A DNA stretch of 64,000 bases, from the sequence record SRR31156797_2365. One strand, written 5' to 3'. Below the pieces are notes generated by a model that saw only the letters and a program-made list of their open reading frames with translations, was not told the origin of the DNA and searched no databases. The translations under genes and the position numbers were made by a program. Within the stretch, counting starts at the first letter, position 1, and each line of letters begins with the position of its first letter. Below are positions 21,321 to 30,777 of the stretch, in pieces.

Positions 21321-22352
21321 ATGTATTTCAAAGGCAAATTGACCATCGACCCTTCGCAACTGACAAAAATCCAAATTGAAAAACCCGAAGGCCAGTTCAA
21401 GCAATTGTTTTACAACATCACCCGCGGTAAAATTGGTGACAAAAAAGAGGTGGAAACTTTCAAAGCCCTGTCACTGATCCAACAGTTATACTCGGCTTTT
21501 TCAGGAATGGGCATCAACAACCTGGTAAGGCTAAACCATGACGATATTGAAATCTATTTTGACCAAAAAGGCGAAAAGGATGATTTTAAAACTGCTGTCG
21601 ACAGGTACAGCATCGAAATCGACCAGAGTATGTCGTCCTACTTTAATACACTTTGGATGGTACTAGAGCATGAAGATGAAAGGTTTAAATACCTCCTGGA
21701 GGTTAGTGTTAACAGAAGCCATGAAGTAAAAGCTTATCCTATCGAAATTATCATCAGCGGATTGTTGAAGGATTTTCAGGGCAATCAAAATGATGAATAT
21801 CTGAAACAACAACTCAACAAGCACTTCAAATCCCAGGAGCACTATAACAGTTTTCTCCGGTCGCGTCAGCAGGAATTTGAAGCTTTTACCAGCAATGTGG
21901 TTTTTGAGCTCAAAAAACAAATCCGCATTGATGATGTGATATCTACAACGCGAAAACGGATGACCATGCGCAAGGAAAAGCCGGGAAAGTCGGCGCCGGC
22001 AAGAGATTGTGAATATGGTGGAACACCCTATCAATATTATGGATTCGGTGATTTTATCGGATATGCATTGCTGTGGTCTGCTTTAACCTACGACCATGGC
22101 TTTCATATTGCTGACACCGAGATTGTGAATGAAGCCGGTGAAATGCTTGGCAATGTTGGAGAAGCCGGAATTGACGCTGTGGATGGATCAATCCTGGATG
22201 AAAGTGCTCCCATTGGTGAAGGTGTGGAAAACCTGGGGATTGATGGCGCTGAAGATATTAAAACTGCTGGTTTCGAAGATGTTGGAAATGACTCAGATGG
22301 CTGGTTTGATGGAATTATGGATGGAGACTTTGATTTTGATATTGATATTTGA
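21321..22352 (+). CDS. Hypothetical protein with acidic C-terminal tail
   Basis: 343-aa ORF with an A-rich leader typical of the phylum. No family recognised. Confidence 0.75.
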   Translation: MYFKGKLTIDPSQLTKIQIEKPEGQFKQLFYNITRGKIGDKKEVETFKALSLIQQLYSAFSGMGINNLVRLNHDDIEIYFDQKGEKDDFKTAVDRYSIEIDQSMSSYFNTLWMVLEHEDERFKYLLEVSVNRSHEVKAYPIEIIISGLLKDFQGNQNDEYLKQQLNKHFKSQEHYNSFLRSRQQEFEAFTSNVVFELKKQIRIDDVISTTRKRMTMRKEKPGKSAPARDCEYGGTPYQYYGFGDFIGYALLWSALTYDHGFHIADTEIVNEAGEMLGNVGEAGIDAVDGSILDESAPIGEGVENLGIDGAEDIKTAGFEDVGNDSDGWFDGIMDGDFDFDIDI

Positions 22353-22379
22353 TCTGGAAGATTCGATATATTATTCACG

Positions 22380-23576
22380 CTAATACAGGAACCCAAACAG
22401 CCATAAAGGGATTTTATTTCCAAAACCGAATTCGATATCATCTGCCGCAATGTATGAGTGATCGATTCGTGCAATCTGATGATATGTTTTGTTCTTTCCA
22501 CCAACCTCAAACCAATATTTTTCATCCACCACAAAATCACCCTTTATGGCAGATTCAACCTGGTGCAAATAGGATAATTGATTCACAAAGAAAGATTCCC
22601 GAATGCTTCCTTTATCAATGATTTCATCCTTAAAAACATAGAAATGATTTGGGTGATGAAGATACACCATTTCCGGTTTCGACAGTGCTTTTATGCCTTT
22701 CCCTTCCTGAAATATAATTTTAATTATTTCTGCCTCATTTAGGTAAGTCAGATAATTAATAACAGATTGCCAGGAGATACCGATAGCTGCGGCAAGGTTT
22801 GAAACATTGGGTTTATATGGTATACTCTCACTTAAAATGTTGAGGAATTTTTTCAACTTCCCGATGTATTTAACATCGACTTTATTTAACACAGGCAAAT
22901 CCATTTCGATGATTAAAGAAATAGTATTCGAAAGCTTGATGTGATAAGTATCTAAATTTTGAAGAAAATAGGGGTAATAACCATATCTCAGGTACTCATT
23001 AAAATATTGGAACGGCTTAATCGATTTATTAACTTCCCGACTGATTTGATCATGATTTGCCAGGATATCAGGCAGCGAAACGGACTCAATTGCATTACCA
23101 CTCTGGATTTGAACAAACTCTCTGAATGACAGGCCCTGCATGTGATATACAACAGCCCTTCTGCTCAAATCGGCTTTGCTTCTCACGATATCGAGAATCG
23201 ATGAACCTGTGAATACGACATGTAATTTCGGAAAACTATCATAAATATTTTTTAACTCAACCGACCAATTTTGATACTTATGAATTTCATCAATAAACAA
23301 ATTTTTACCTCCTGATTTCTCAAAATCCTCGGCAAGTTGAACCAGGTTTTCATAGGGAAATGCAATATCATCCAGGCTAACGTATAAACAGGATTTGTCA
23401 TAACCATAAATATCCTTAATGTGTTGAAGTATCAGGGTTGTTTTACCCACACCTCTTGCTCCTTTTATCCCGACGAGCCTTTCCTCCCAAACCACTCGTT
23501 TATGCATGCTGCTTTTAAAACTCGTTTGTAAATTTTGCAGCACTTTTTGATGCTTTATCCACAATTTTTCTAACAT
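22380..23576 (-). CDS. AAA_14 family ATPase (DUF4143-like / nuclease-like C-terminus)
   Basis: Walker A GARGVGKTT, Walker B LFIDEIHK, FTGSS, DLSRR, RESFF, FEVGGKNK, IPLWLFGFLY. Confidence 0.9.
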   Translation of the reverse strand: MLEKLWIKHQKVLQNLQTSFKSSMHKRVVWEERLVGIKGARGVGKTTLILQHIKDIYGYDKSCLYVSLDDIAFPYENLVQLAEDFEKSGGKNLFIDEIHKYQNWSVELKNIYDSFPKLHVVFTGSSILDIVRSKADLSRRAVVYHMQGLSFREFVQIQSGNAIESVSLPDILANHDQISREVNKSIKPFQYFNEYLRYGYYPYFLQNLDTYHIKLSNTISLIIEMDLPVLNKVDVKYIGKLKKFLNILSESIPYKPNVSNLAAAIGISWQSVINYLTYLNEAEIIKIIFQEGKGIKALSKPEMVYLHHPNHFYVFKDEIIDKGSIRESFFVNQLSYLHQVESAIKGDFVVDEKYWFEVGGKNKTYHQIARIDHSYIAADDIEFGFGNKIPLWLFGFLY

Positions 23577-23618
23577 ACAACACTCATTTTATCATGCAAA
23601 GTTAATAAAATTAGTATC

Positions 23619-23669
23619 TTTTTATTAACTCCAGATGATAATTTATTGCCTTTTTTATTAACTCCAGAT
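23619..23669. repeat. Two exact 18-bp direct repeats (TTTTTATTAACTCCAGAT) with 33-bp period
   Basis: Copies at 23619-23636 and 23652-23669, just upstream of the ATPase -7 box (TAACTTTG, minus strand, 23597-23604). Confidence 0.85.
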
Positions 23670-23758
23670 TATAAAATTGGAAAATAAGCAACAATAAAAG
23701 CGTGTGATTGATTTGATAGATTTATGAATAGAGAAAGAGCGGAATTCTGAAAAGGCCA

Positions 23759-24496
23759 CTAATTTGAAGGATTATCCTGATCGGGTTCCTGTTGATATGC
23801 AGCTTTAAACTCCTGGACTGTGTATGCATCTTTAGCGAGGAAATCCCCAATAGCAGTCCTTCGCAGCGATGCAAGGTAAGCGCCACTACCCAGGGCTTTC
23901 CCAAAATCGTTGGCCAGCGAGCGGATGTAAGTGCCTTTGCTGCAACGGACCCGGAAAAAGACTTCAGGCATTTTGATTTCGGAAATTTCAAAATCAAAAA
24001 TCTCGACCTGCCTTTTCCGCATTTTTACATCTTCATTTTTACGGGCATATTCATAGGCCTTTTTCCCATCTATTTTCACTGCTGAAAAAACAGGGGGTTC
24101 CTGCTCGATGATCCCTGTAAATTTTTTGGCTGTTTCTATAAGGAGTTCTTCCGTGATGTGATCGATTGGGTATTCTTTATCTGGTTCGGTTTCAAGATCA
24201 AAACTGGGGGTGGTTTTACCTATGTAAAAACTTCCGGTATATTCTTTTTCCCTGGCCTGATATGATTCTATTTCCTTGGTTTTTTTCCCTGTACAAACGA
24301 TGACAAGCCCGGTAGCCAGTGGGTCTAAAGTTCCGGCATGTCCTACTTTAATCTTTTTAATACCGAATTGCCTGCGCAAAAAATAGCGGATACTGTTCAC
24401 CACATCAAAAGATGTCCAGTTGATCTCTTTATCGATAAGGATTACCTCCCCCAATTTAAAATCAGGATGGGGATTGGATGCGTTTTTATTTATCAT
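23759..24496 (-). CDS. truB: tRNA pseudouridine(55) synthase
   Basis: Motifs WTSFDVV, KVGHAGTLDPLATG, PPVFSAVKIDG, CSKGTYIRSLA. ATG 24496 overlaps the uppP stop (ATGA). Confidence 0.97.
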   Translation of the reverse strand: MINKNASNPHPDFKLGEVILIDKEINWTSFDVVNSIRYFLRRQFGIKKIKVGHAGTLDPLATGLVIVCTGKKTKEIESYQAREKEYTGSFYIGKTTPSFDLETEPDKEYPIDHITEELLIETAKKFTGIIEQEPPVFSAVKIDGKKAYEYARKNEDVKMRKRQVEIFDFEISEIKMPEVFFRVRCSKGTYIRSLANDFGKALGSGAYLASLRRTAIGDFLAKDAYTVQEFKAAYQQEPDQDNPSN

Positions 24497-25290
24497 GCGG
24501 TAAATAAGGCATAAGCGATGGCCACACCACCAACAATGAAGCAATAAAATGCGAACCAGCTCAATTTGGCTTTTTTCACGAGGGCTATCATCCATGTACA
24601 TGCCAGGACACCGGTGATAAATGCGGCAATAAATCCAATGGCAAGCGGAATCATTTGGCCTGACTGGTAAGCAATTTCACCAGAAAGCAGGTCTTTGGCC
24701 ATGGCTCCTAAAATGAGTGGTACCACCATAAGAAATGAAAACCGGGCTGCCCGGGAGCGGTCAACCTTGAGCAATACACTGATCGAAATGGTAGCACCTG
24801 ACCGGGAAATACCGGGCATAATAGCTATGGCCTGCGCCAGGCCAATAATAAAAGCATCCAGGTAACTTACCTTTTTTTGGGTGGTTTTGGCCCGGTCGGC
24901 AAGCAGAAGCAAAATTGCTGTTACCAGCAGCATGGTACCAACCAGCAACAATCTGCCACCAAACAGACTTTCGATTTGTTCTTCAAGAAACACTCCGACA
25001 AGAGCTGCCGGAATCATCGAAACAACAATCTTTAAGGAGAAAATGGTTTGATCATTCCATTTAAAACTGAACAATCCACGAATGATTTCGGTAACATCTT
25101 TTCTGAAAACCAGGAGGGTACTAAACGCGGTAGCGGCATGAAGGACTACAGTCATAAGAAGGCTTTCCTCAGGGAGGCTGTTGTCGCCAAGAATGAATTT
25201 GGCCAGTTCGAGATGGCCACTGCTACTCACCGGTAAAAATTCGGTAAGCCCCTGGATAATTCCCAGGATTAATGCTTCGATCCAGCTCAT
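24493..25290 (-). CDS. uppP: Undecaprenyl-diphosphate phosphatase (BacA)
   Basis: Motifs QGLTEFLPVSSSGH and PGISRSGATI. Confidence 0.97.
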   Translation of the reverse strand: MSWIEALILGIIQGLTEFLPVSSSGHLELAKFILGDNSLPEESLLMTVVLHAATAFSTLLVFRKDVTEIIRGLFSFKWNDQTIFSLKIVVSMIPAALVGVFLEEQIESLFGGRLLLVGTMLLVTAILLLLADRAKTTQKKVSYLDAFIIGLAQAIAIMPGISRSGATISISVLLKVDRSRAARFSFLMVVPLILGAMAKDLLSGEIAYQSGQMIPLAIGFIAAFITGVLACTWMIALVKKAKLSWFAFYCFIVGGVAIAYALFTA

Positions 25291-25293
25291 GGA

Positions 25294-25626
25294 TTATTTG
25301 GTTTCCGGGTTGGTTGTTTTTGGCTTTTTCATAATGGCATAAACCCCAATAGCGTAACCTATCATGATGAGTATAGGGGAAAGTGTAAGCCGCTGGAAAT
25401 TAAACATCCCATAATTAAATACATCCGGATCATCAGAACCGCCGCCAATCATGAGCAGAAATCCGACAACCAAAAACGCCAGCCCAATAAGCAGCCATTT
25501 GTAGTTTTCCTTGTCAAAAGCAAATCCTGAGCGGTCCATTTTCTTTTCTTTGGTTGTGGTTGTCCTGCCACCTTGTTTGGAGGCCTTCGAAGTTGCTGTT
25601 TTTTTATTTATCGAGGTTTGTTTCAT
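25294..25626 (-). CDS. DUF3098 family membrane protein
   Basis: F.KENY..LLIG...GFLLM.GG pattern in its usual position between ftsX and uppP/truB. Confidence 0.85.
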   Translation of the reverse strand: MKQTSINKKTATSKASKQGGRTTTTKEKKMDRSGFAFDKENYKWLLIGLAFLVVGFLLMIGGGSDDPDVFNYGMFNFQRLTLSPILIMIGYAIGVYAIMKKPKTTNPETK

Positions 25627-25650
25627 CTAATTAAAATTTTGGCAAAAATA

Positions 25651-26526
25651 TCAATATAAATCTTCTGACCGTATGTTAAGGTACTTTTTTACAGCAATGT
25701 ATGTAGATAGCCAGGTAATTAAAACACCAAAGCCAATGATTGCAATACTACCCGCACCAACCATCATCATGTTTTCGGTTAGTGCAAGCTCAGGGAACCA
25801 GTAATTACTGAAATACAAAATCCCGTTGAGGAGAACCACAGAAATAATCCCACCAATAAGGCCCTGCAATACACCTTTAATAATGAAAGGCTTCCGGATG
25901 AATTGCTGGGAAGCACCTACCAGCATCATGCTTTTAATGAGCATCCGCTTTGCATAAATCGAAAGCCTGATGGTGTTATGGATCAGGATAACAGATATGA
26001 GAAGTAACAGCAAACTGAAACCCAGCACCCATTTACCAATTCGCGAAATATTTTTATCAATTAAATCAAGCAACTGGTGCTCGTATTCAATACTTTCAAT
26101 AATCCCTTTATCGAGTAAAATCTGTTTTATTTTAACCAGACTGTCAGCAGAAGTAAACTTTTCGTACAAAAACAATTCGAGGGTTGGGGGCAAAGGATTG
26201 TACCCGATGAAGCCAACAAAATCCTCCCCCAGTTCCTTTTGTAGTTTACCTGCAGCTTCTTCTTTCGAAATGTATTTCGTAGATTTTACAAAGGCAAAAC
26301 CTTCAGCCTCATCTTTAAACTCCATGATTTCCCGTGCCGTTGCATCACTTTTAATGACCAGCGATACACCAATATTTTCCCGAAAAAACGAAGAGAGCCT
26401 ACCGGCATATAGCACCATTAGCAATAATAGCCCCAACATAAAAAGCACCATGGTAATACTAAAAACCGAGGTGCTGTAAGCAAATCTGTAACGTCTTTGA
26501 TTGTATTTTTCGCCGAATGATTTCAC
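25651..26526 (-). CDS. ftsX: Cell division permease FtsX
   Basis: Motifs YISKEEA, GYNPLP, IHNTIRLSIY, MLVGA...FIRKPF. Confidence 0.93.
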   Translation of the reverse strand: MKSFGEKYNQRRYRFAYSTSVFSITMVLFMLGLLLLMVLYAGRLSSFFRENIGVSLVIKSDATAREIMEFKDEAEGFAFVKSTKYISKEEAAGKLQKELGEDFVGFIGYNPLPPTLELFLYEKFTSADSLVKIKQILLDKGIIESIEYEHQLLDLIDKNISRIGKWVLGFSLLLLLISVILIHNTIRLSIYAKRMLIKSMMLVGASQQFIRKPFIIKGVLQGLIGGIISVVLLNGILYFSNYWFPELALTENMMMVGAGSIAIIGFGVLITWLSTYIAVKKYLNIRSEDLY

Positions 26527-26746
26527 TGCGGATAATAAGGAACGAAATTAGCAAATATTGTACAGTAATTGCTTTTACAGTAAAGATCGTTGTTTTTTTG
26601 ACATCTGCACTATTATAAAATGACATATTCCGGAGCCCGTTTGGCTCACATATGAATTTTGTACCAATTTTTAAATTTACATATATGCATGCGTCTATCA
26701 CTAAAAAACTTCGTATTATTGCATCTAAAAATTAAATTCACCAGCT

Positions 26747-28024
26747 ATGAAAAGTGTTACTTACTCCTTACTCACCGTAATCTCATTACTTGGGATTTCA
26801 TTACTGATCAGCTCTTTTACTGAAAAAGAAAAAATTCAATCCCGCGAAAACACTCCCGGAACCGTTACCTTTTCGGTAACCACACAAAGTGAGGGTGGCT
26901 CGTTTGCCCCAAGACATGTACTGGCCATTTGGGTTGAACATGACGGCGAATTTGTGAAAACCCGCAAAGCCATGGCTAACCGGCGAAAACAATACCTCTA
27001 CACCTGGAAAGCCGCATCTAATTACAACGTAACAGATGCCATTACCGGGGCAACACTTACCAGCCACACTTCACACACCATCGAGTGGGACTGTACCGAT
27101 CTGAATGGTGATGTGGTTGCAGATGGCGAATATGTGATGTGGATAGAATTTACTGAAAAGCATGCACAAGGACCACTTTTTAATATCTCCTTCCAAAAAG
27201 GCCCGGACGGTTTTGACATAACCCCACCGGATGAAAACCACTTTAAAGATATGCAGCTTACCTGGGAGCCTGAATTAGTTTTGGTTGCCGATTTCACAGC
27301 AGATGTTGAAGAATCCTGTACCGAAGAAACTGTAACTTTTACAGATAATTCAACCGGTGCTACTTCATGGGACTGGGATTTTGGCGAAGGTGCCGATCCT
27401 GCTACTGCCAATACACAAGGGCCTCACGAGGTGGTTTATTCAACATCGGGAAGCAAGACTGTATCACTCACCATCGATCAGGGAGTTACCCAAACCAAAA
27501 CCGATTTTATTACTGTTTATCCTGATGCCGAGGCCGGCTATACCTGGACACAAGTGAGCCGGACCATTACCTTTACCAACACTTCAACAAATGCTACAGC
27601 TTACGCATGGAACTTTGGCGATGGCATTACCAGCAACGAAGAAAATCCTGTGCATACCTATGAAGAAGATGGAGTTTACAACGTAAGCCTTATTGCAATA
27701 CCCGTTATGTGCGAGGAAGATATGTATATCGAAGAAATTGTAATCAACACTGTTGGCTTCAATAACCCGGATCCTGAAGGACAAGTGAATATTTATCCCA
27801 ATCCGGGAAATGGGGTGTTTAACATTACACCGGCAAGCAACTGGCTCAATTCCACAATTTCGTTGTTTGATGTATCCGGGCAACTGATTCTGGAACAAAA
27901 TTATACCGGAGTACAAAATGGTTCAACCCTCACATTTGGAAATGAACTGATTAAACCAGGAATCTATCTTTTGAACATCAATCATGAAAGTGGACAGCTC
28001 ATACAAAAGGTGTTGGTAAAATAA
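26747..28024 (+). CDS. DUF2271 (flavinylation-motif) domain + 2 PKD domains + T9SS type A CTD
   Basis: DUF2271 pattern AIWVE..GEFVKT...YLYTW...DAITGAT...WDCTD.NG..V.DG.Y...E..E. Two PKD units (WDWDFGEG, WNFGDG...NPVHTY). IYPNPGNG...GIYLL...KVLVK CTD. Confidence 0.85.
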   Translation: MKSVTYSLLTVISLLGISLLISSFTEKEKIQSRENTPGTVTFSVTTQSEGGSFAPRHVLAIWVEHDGEFVKTRKAMANRRKQYLYTWKAASNYNVTDAITGATLTSHTSHTIEWDCTDLNGDVVADGEYVMWIEFTEKHAQGPLFNISFQKGPDGFDITPPDENHFKDMQLTWEPELVLVADFTADVEESCTEETVTFTDNSTGATSWDWDFGEGADPATANTQGPHEVVYSTSGSKTVSLTIDQGVTQTKTDFITVYPDAEAGYTWTQVSRTITFTNTSTNATAYAWNFGDGITSNEENPVHTYEEDGVYNVSLIAIPVMCEEDMYIEEIVINTVGFNNPDPEGQVNIYPNPGNGVFNITPASNWLNSTISLFDVSGQLILEQNYTGVQNGSTLTFGNELIKPGIYLLNINHESGQLIQKVLVK

Positions 28025-28046
28025 CCTTTTGATCACGATATGATAA

Positions 28047-28073
28047 AAAAGCCCACCTTTGTTGTGGGCTTTT
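28047..28073 (+). terminator. Intrinsic terminator
   Basis: AAAAGCCCAC-CTTTGTT-GTGGGCTTTT. Confidence 0.7.
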
Positions 28074-28094
28074 CTTTTGCCAAAATAATTTTAT

Positions 28095-28802
28095 ATGCAG
28101 CTCAATAGAATATTTCACGTATTAACCGTGACACTCCTTATTTTTGTCACAATTCCTGACCAGGTAGTCCTGGCCCAGAAACACCCTTCCTTTTTCAGCA
28201 TACAGTCAGGCGCTTCCGTTCCATTTGGAGGATACAGTTCCACAACTCTCGATGAGGGTAGTTTTACACAAACAGGTTTTAATGCCACACTTGAGGGAGC
28301 CTGGTTTTTTTCCAAACATTTTGGTGCAGGCCTTTCGGCAGGATTAAACCTTCATCCGGTGGATGTTTCTACCTTGGGCAGGGCACAGGTAAACAACGAG
28401 CCATTCCTCACTGATGTAATCATCCGGTCGGAGCCCTACAGGGTTATAACTGTTATGCCCGGATTATTTGTGGGATATCAATTGTCGGAAAAATGGTTTA
28501 TCAGCGGCAAATTCCTGGCTGGTCTATTACACGGCAAAACACCCTATCAACTCTACAAACCTGATTATTACCTGCTCCCTGATGAATGGGAGGAAATTAC
28601 TTCGAGTAGCGATTACAAATTTTCCTGGCAAATTGGAACATCCCTCAGATATCAGTTATCTTCGTGCATTGGTATCTCTTTAAATGCCGGCCTGATTTAC
28701 GATGAACTTCAATTTACTTTTCAAACTGCCCAGGGCTCAAGAACAGATAACCGGAAAATTGGAATGATAAAACTGACTCCTGGTATCGAGATTTACTTTT
28801 AG
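28095..28802 (+). CDS. Small outer-membrane beta-barrel protein
   Basis: Signal peptide, amphipathic strands, C-terminal GIEIYF. Confidence 0.7.
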   Translation: MQLNRIFHVLTVTLLIFVTIPDQVVLAQKHPSFFSIQSGASVPFGGYSSTTLDEGSFTQTGFNATLEGAWFFSKHFGAGLSAGLNLHPVDVSTLGRAQVNNEPFLTDVIIRSEPYRVITVMPGLFVGYQLSEKWFISGKFLAGLLHGKTPYQLYKPDYYLLPDEWEEITSSSDYKFSWQIGTSLRYQLSSCIGISLNAGLIYDELQFTFQTAQGSRTDNRKIGMIKLTPGIEIYF

Positions 28803-28909
28803 CCTGATGCAGCAACTAAATTGGAGAAGATACAAACTGCAATAGTTGTATTTTTCAGCCTCAGACAGCGCGAAAAACTGTTTAAAATATATCTAAATAG
28901 GTGTATTTT

Positions 28910-28923
28910 ATGACATATATCAA
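28910..28923. promoter_or_regulatory. FNR/Crp-type box (ATGAC-ATAT-ATCAA)
   Basis: 8/10 match to TTGAT-N4-ATCAA, upstream of TAnnTTTG boxes at 29006-29013 and 29022-29029 that precede the NapC/NirT cytochrome. Confidence 0.5.
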
Positions 28924-29244
28924 AATATTTCTAATCTACGTCAACAACAACGAGGGTGGATAACCTCATTGTAACTTGCTTTTATCCATCTGGTTTAATC
29001 ATACTTACCTTTGCTTTTCTCTACATTTGCCTGATTATGGTTGTTTGAAAAATTCAACAAAATATTCAGGTATTATATGTAGTCAAGGCAACTACTCTAA
29101 AAACTGTAAATTACATCTTTAGGAAAAACATAATTTATATGGGCTCATTACTGATATAATCTTTAAAACTTTACCGCAAAGGTGACTGGAAATGACATAT
29201 CAATCTATCATGAATACAGTTTGTTTCACTAAATACTTCAACCT

Positions 29245-30744
29245 ATGAAATTCCCTCCATCCATTAAAAACATGCTTTCACTTGCTGGTGTTGTATTATC
29301 TGCAATAAGTCTTTTTATCATTATTTTTCTGGTGATTATCTCCGTAATTTTTGATCAGGGGAGCTCCTACCTTGGATTATTCACCTACATTATAATGCCG
29401 GTATTTTTGGTCATCGGTCTGTTAATGGTGCCATTGGGTATGATCAGAAAAATAAGAAGGGACAAGAAATATGAAAAGGTGGAAACCCCCACCTGGCCCC
29501 AAATTGATTTCAACCTGAAAAAACACCGCAGTATTACATTGGTTTTCATATCAGTAACGATGGTCTTTTTACTGGTATCTTCCATTGGAAGTTATGAAGC
29601 TTTTCACTACACCGAGTCGGTGGAATTTTGCGGCAAGCTTTGTCATAGTGTAATGGAGCCGGAATATGTGGCATACCAAAACTCCTCGCATGCCCGTGTT
29701 TCTTGTGTTACCTGCCACGTTGGTCCGGGAGCCGACTGGTATGTCCGATCTAAAATGTCGGGACTGTACCAGGTATATGCGGCTACATTTAATGATTATC
29801 CAAAACCTATTCCCACTCCAATCACCAACCTGCGACCGGCACGTGAAACTTGCGAACAGTGTCACTGGCCTGAAAAGTTTTACGCCAGGCAACTGTCCAC
29901 CCATAAACATTACCTGGCTGATGAATCGAACACGGAATGGGACATTCATTTAAAAATTAAAACCGGCCCAAAACTCAGTGCTTTGGGCCTGAAAGAAGGC
30001 ATCCACTGGCACATAAATCCCGATGTGAAAATTGAATACATCGCCACTTCGCCTCAGCGCGATACCATTCCATGGGTAAGGTATACCAACCTCAAGACAA
30101 ACGAAGTGTATGTTTATGAAGATGCTGAAAATCCGCTGGGAAATCCTGGGGAAAAGATGACCAAAATCCGCACAATGGATTGCATGGATTGCCACAACAG
30201 ACCATCTCACCTCTACAGGGATCCTGCCGATTTTGTTGACGATGCACTTACATCAGGGAAAATTGCCAGCGACCTGCCCGACATTAAAATGCTCAGTATG
30301 GAATTGCTTTATCCGGAATTTCAATCAACAGACAGTGCCATGGTTTTTATTGCCAATGAAGTGATGTTTTATTACGACATTATGTACCCTGAAATTCTTG
30401 AAAACAGAAAAGAAGACGTTGAGCAGGCCATCAAAACCCTGCAAAGTGAATTTAAGAAAAATATATTCCCGGGCATGAAAGTCCGATGGGATGTGTATCC
30501 TAATCAGTTGGGACACGTAGAAAACGATGGCTGTTACCGCTGCCATAACGACAGGCATGAAACTGAATCCGGACGTGTTATCAGCAGGGATTGCCAGTTA
30601 TGTCACGAAATCACTGCTCAGGGTACTCCTGATAATATGGAGGTATCCTCCGTGTTGGGTGGTCTGGAATTTAAACACCCCATTGACATTGATGAGAAAT
30701 GGAGAACCATTTTCTGTTCAGAATGTCATCATGAGCTCTATTAA
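29245..30744 (+). CDS. Inner-membrane NapC/NirT-domain heptaheme cytochrome c (ImcH-like)
   Basis: Three N-terminal TM helices; YTESVEFCGKLCH (CX3CH) plus six CxxCH motifs (CVTCH, CEQCH, CMDCH, CYRCH, CQLCH, CSECH); LRPARETC motif. Confidence 0.88.
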   Translation: MKFPPSIKNMLSLAGVVLSAISLFIIIFLVIISVIFDQGSSYLGLFTYIIMPVFLVIGLLMVPLGMIRKIRRDKKYEKVETPTWPQIDFNLKKHRSITLVFISVTMVFLLVSSIGSYEAFHYTESVEFCGKLCHSVMEPEYVAYQNSSHARVSCVTCHVGPGADWYVRSKMSGLYQVYAATFNDYPKPIPTPITNLRPARETCEQCHWPEKFYARQLSTHKHYLADESNTEWDIHLKIKTGPKLSALGLKEGIHWHINPDVKIEYIATSPQRDTIPWVRYTNLKTNEVYVYEDAENPLGNPGEKMTKIRTMDCMDCHNRPSHLYRDPADFVDDALTSGKIASDLPDIKMLSMELLYPEFQSTDSAMVFIANEVMFYYDIMYPEILENRKEDVEQAIKTLQSEFKKNIFPGMKVRWDVYPNQLGHVENDGCYRCHNDRHETESGRVISRDCQLCHEITAQGTPDNMEVSSVLGGLEFKHPIDIDEKWRTIFCSECHHELY

Positions 30745-30777
30745 AAAACTTTATAATTATTGAATCTTGTGAAAACC

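Noticed and set aside
23619-23669. Possible mini-CRISPR array
   Set aside because: Only two 18-bp copies with a 15-bp gap and no cas genes; better explained as operator-like repeats.
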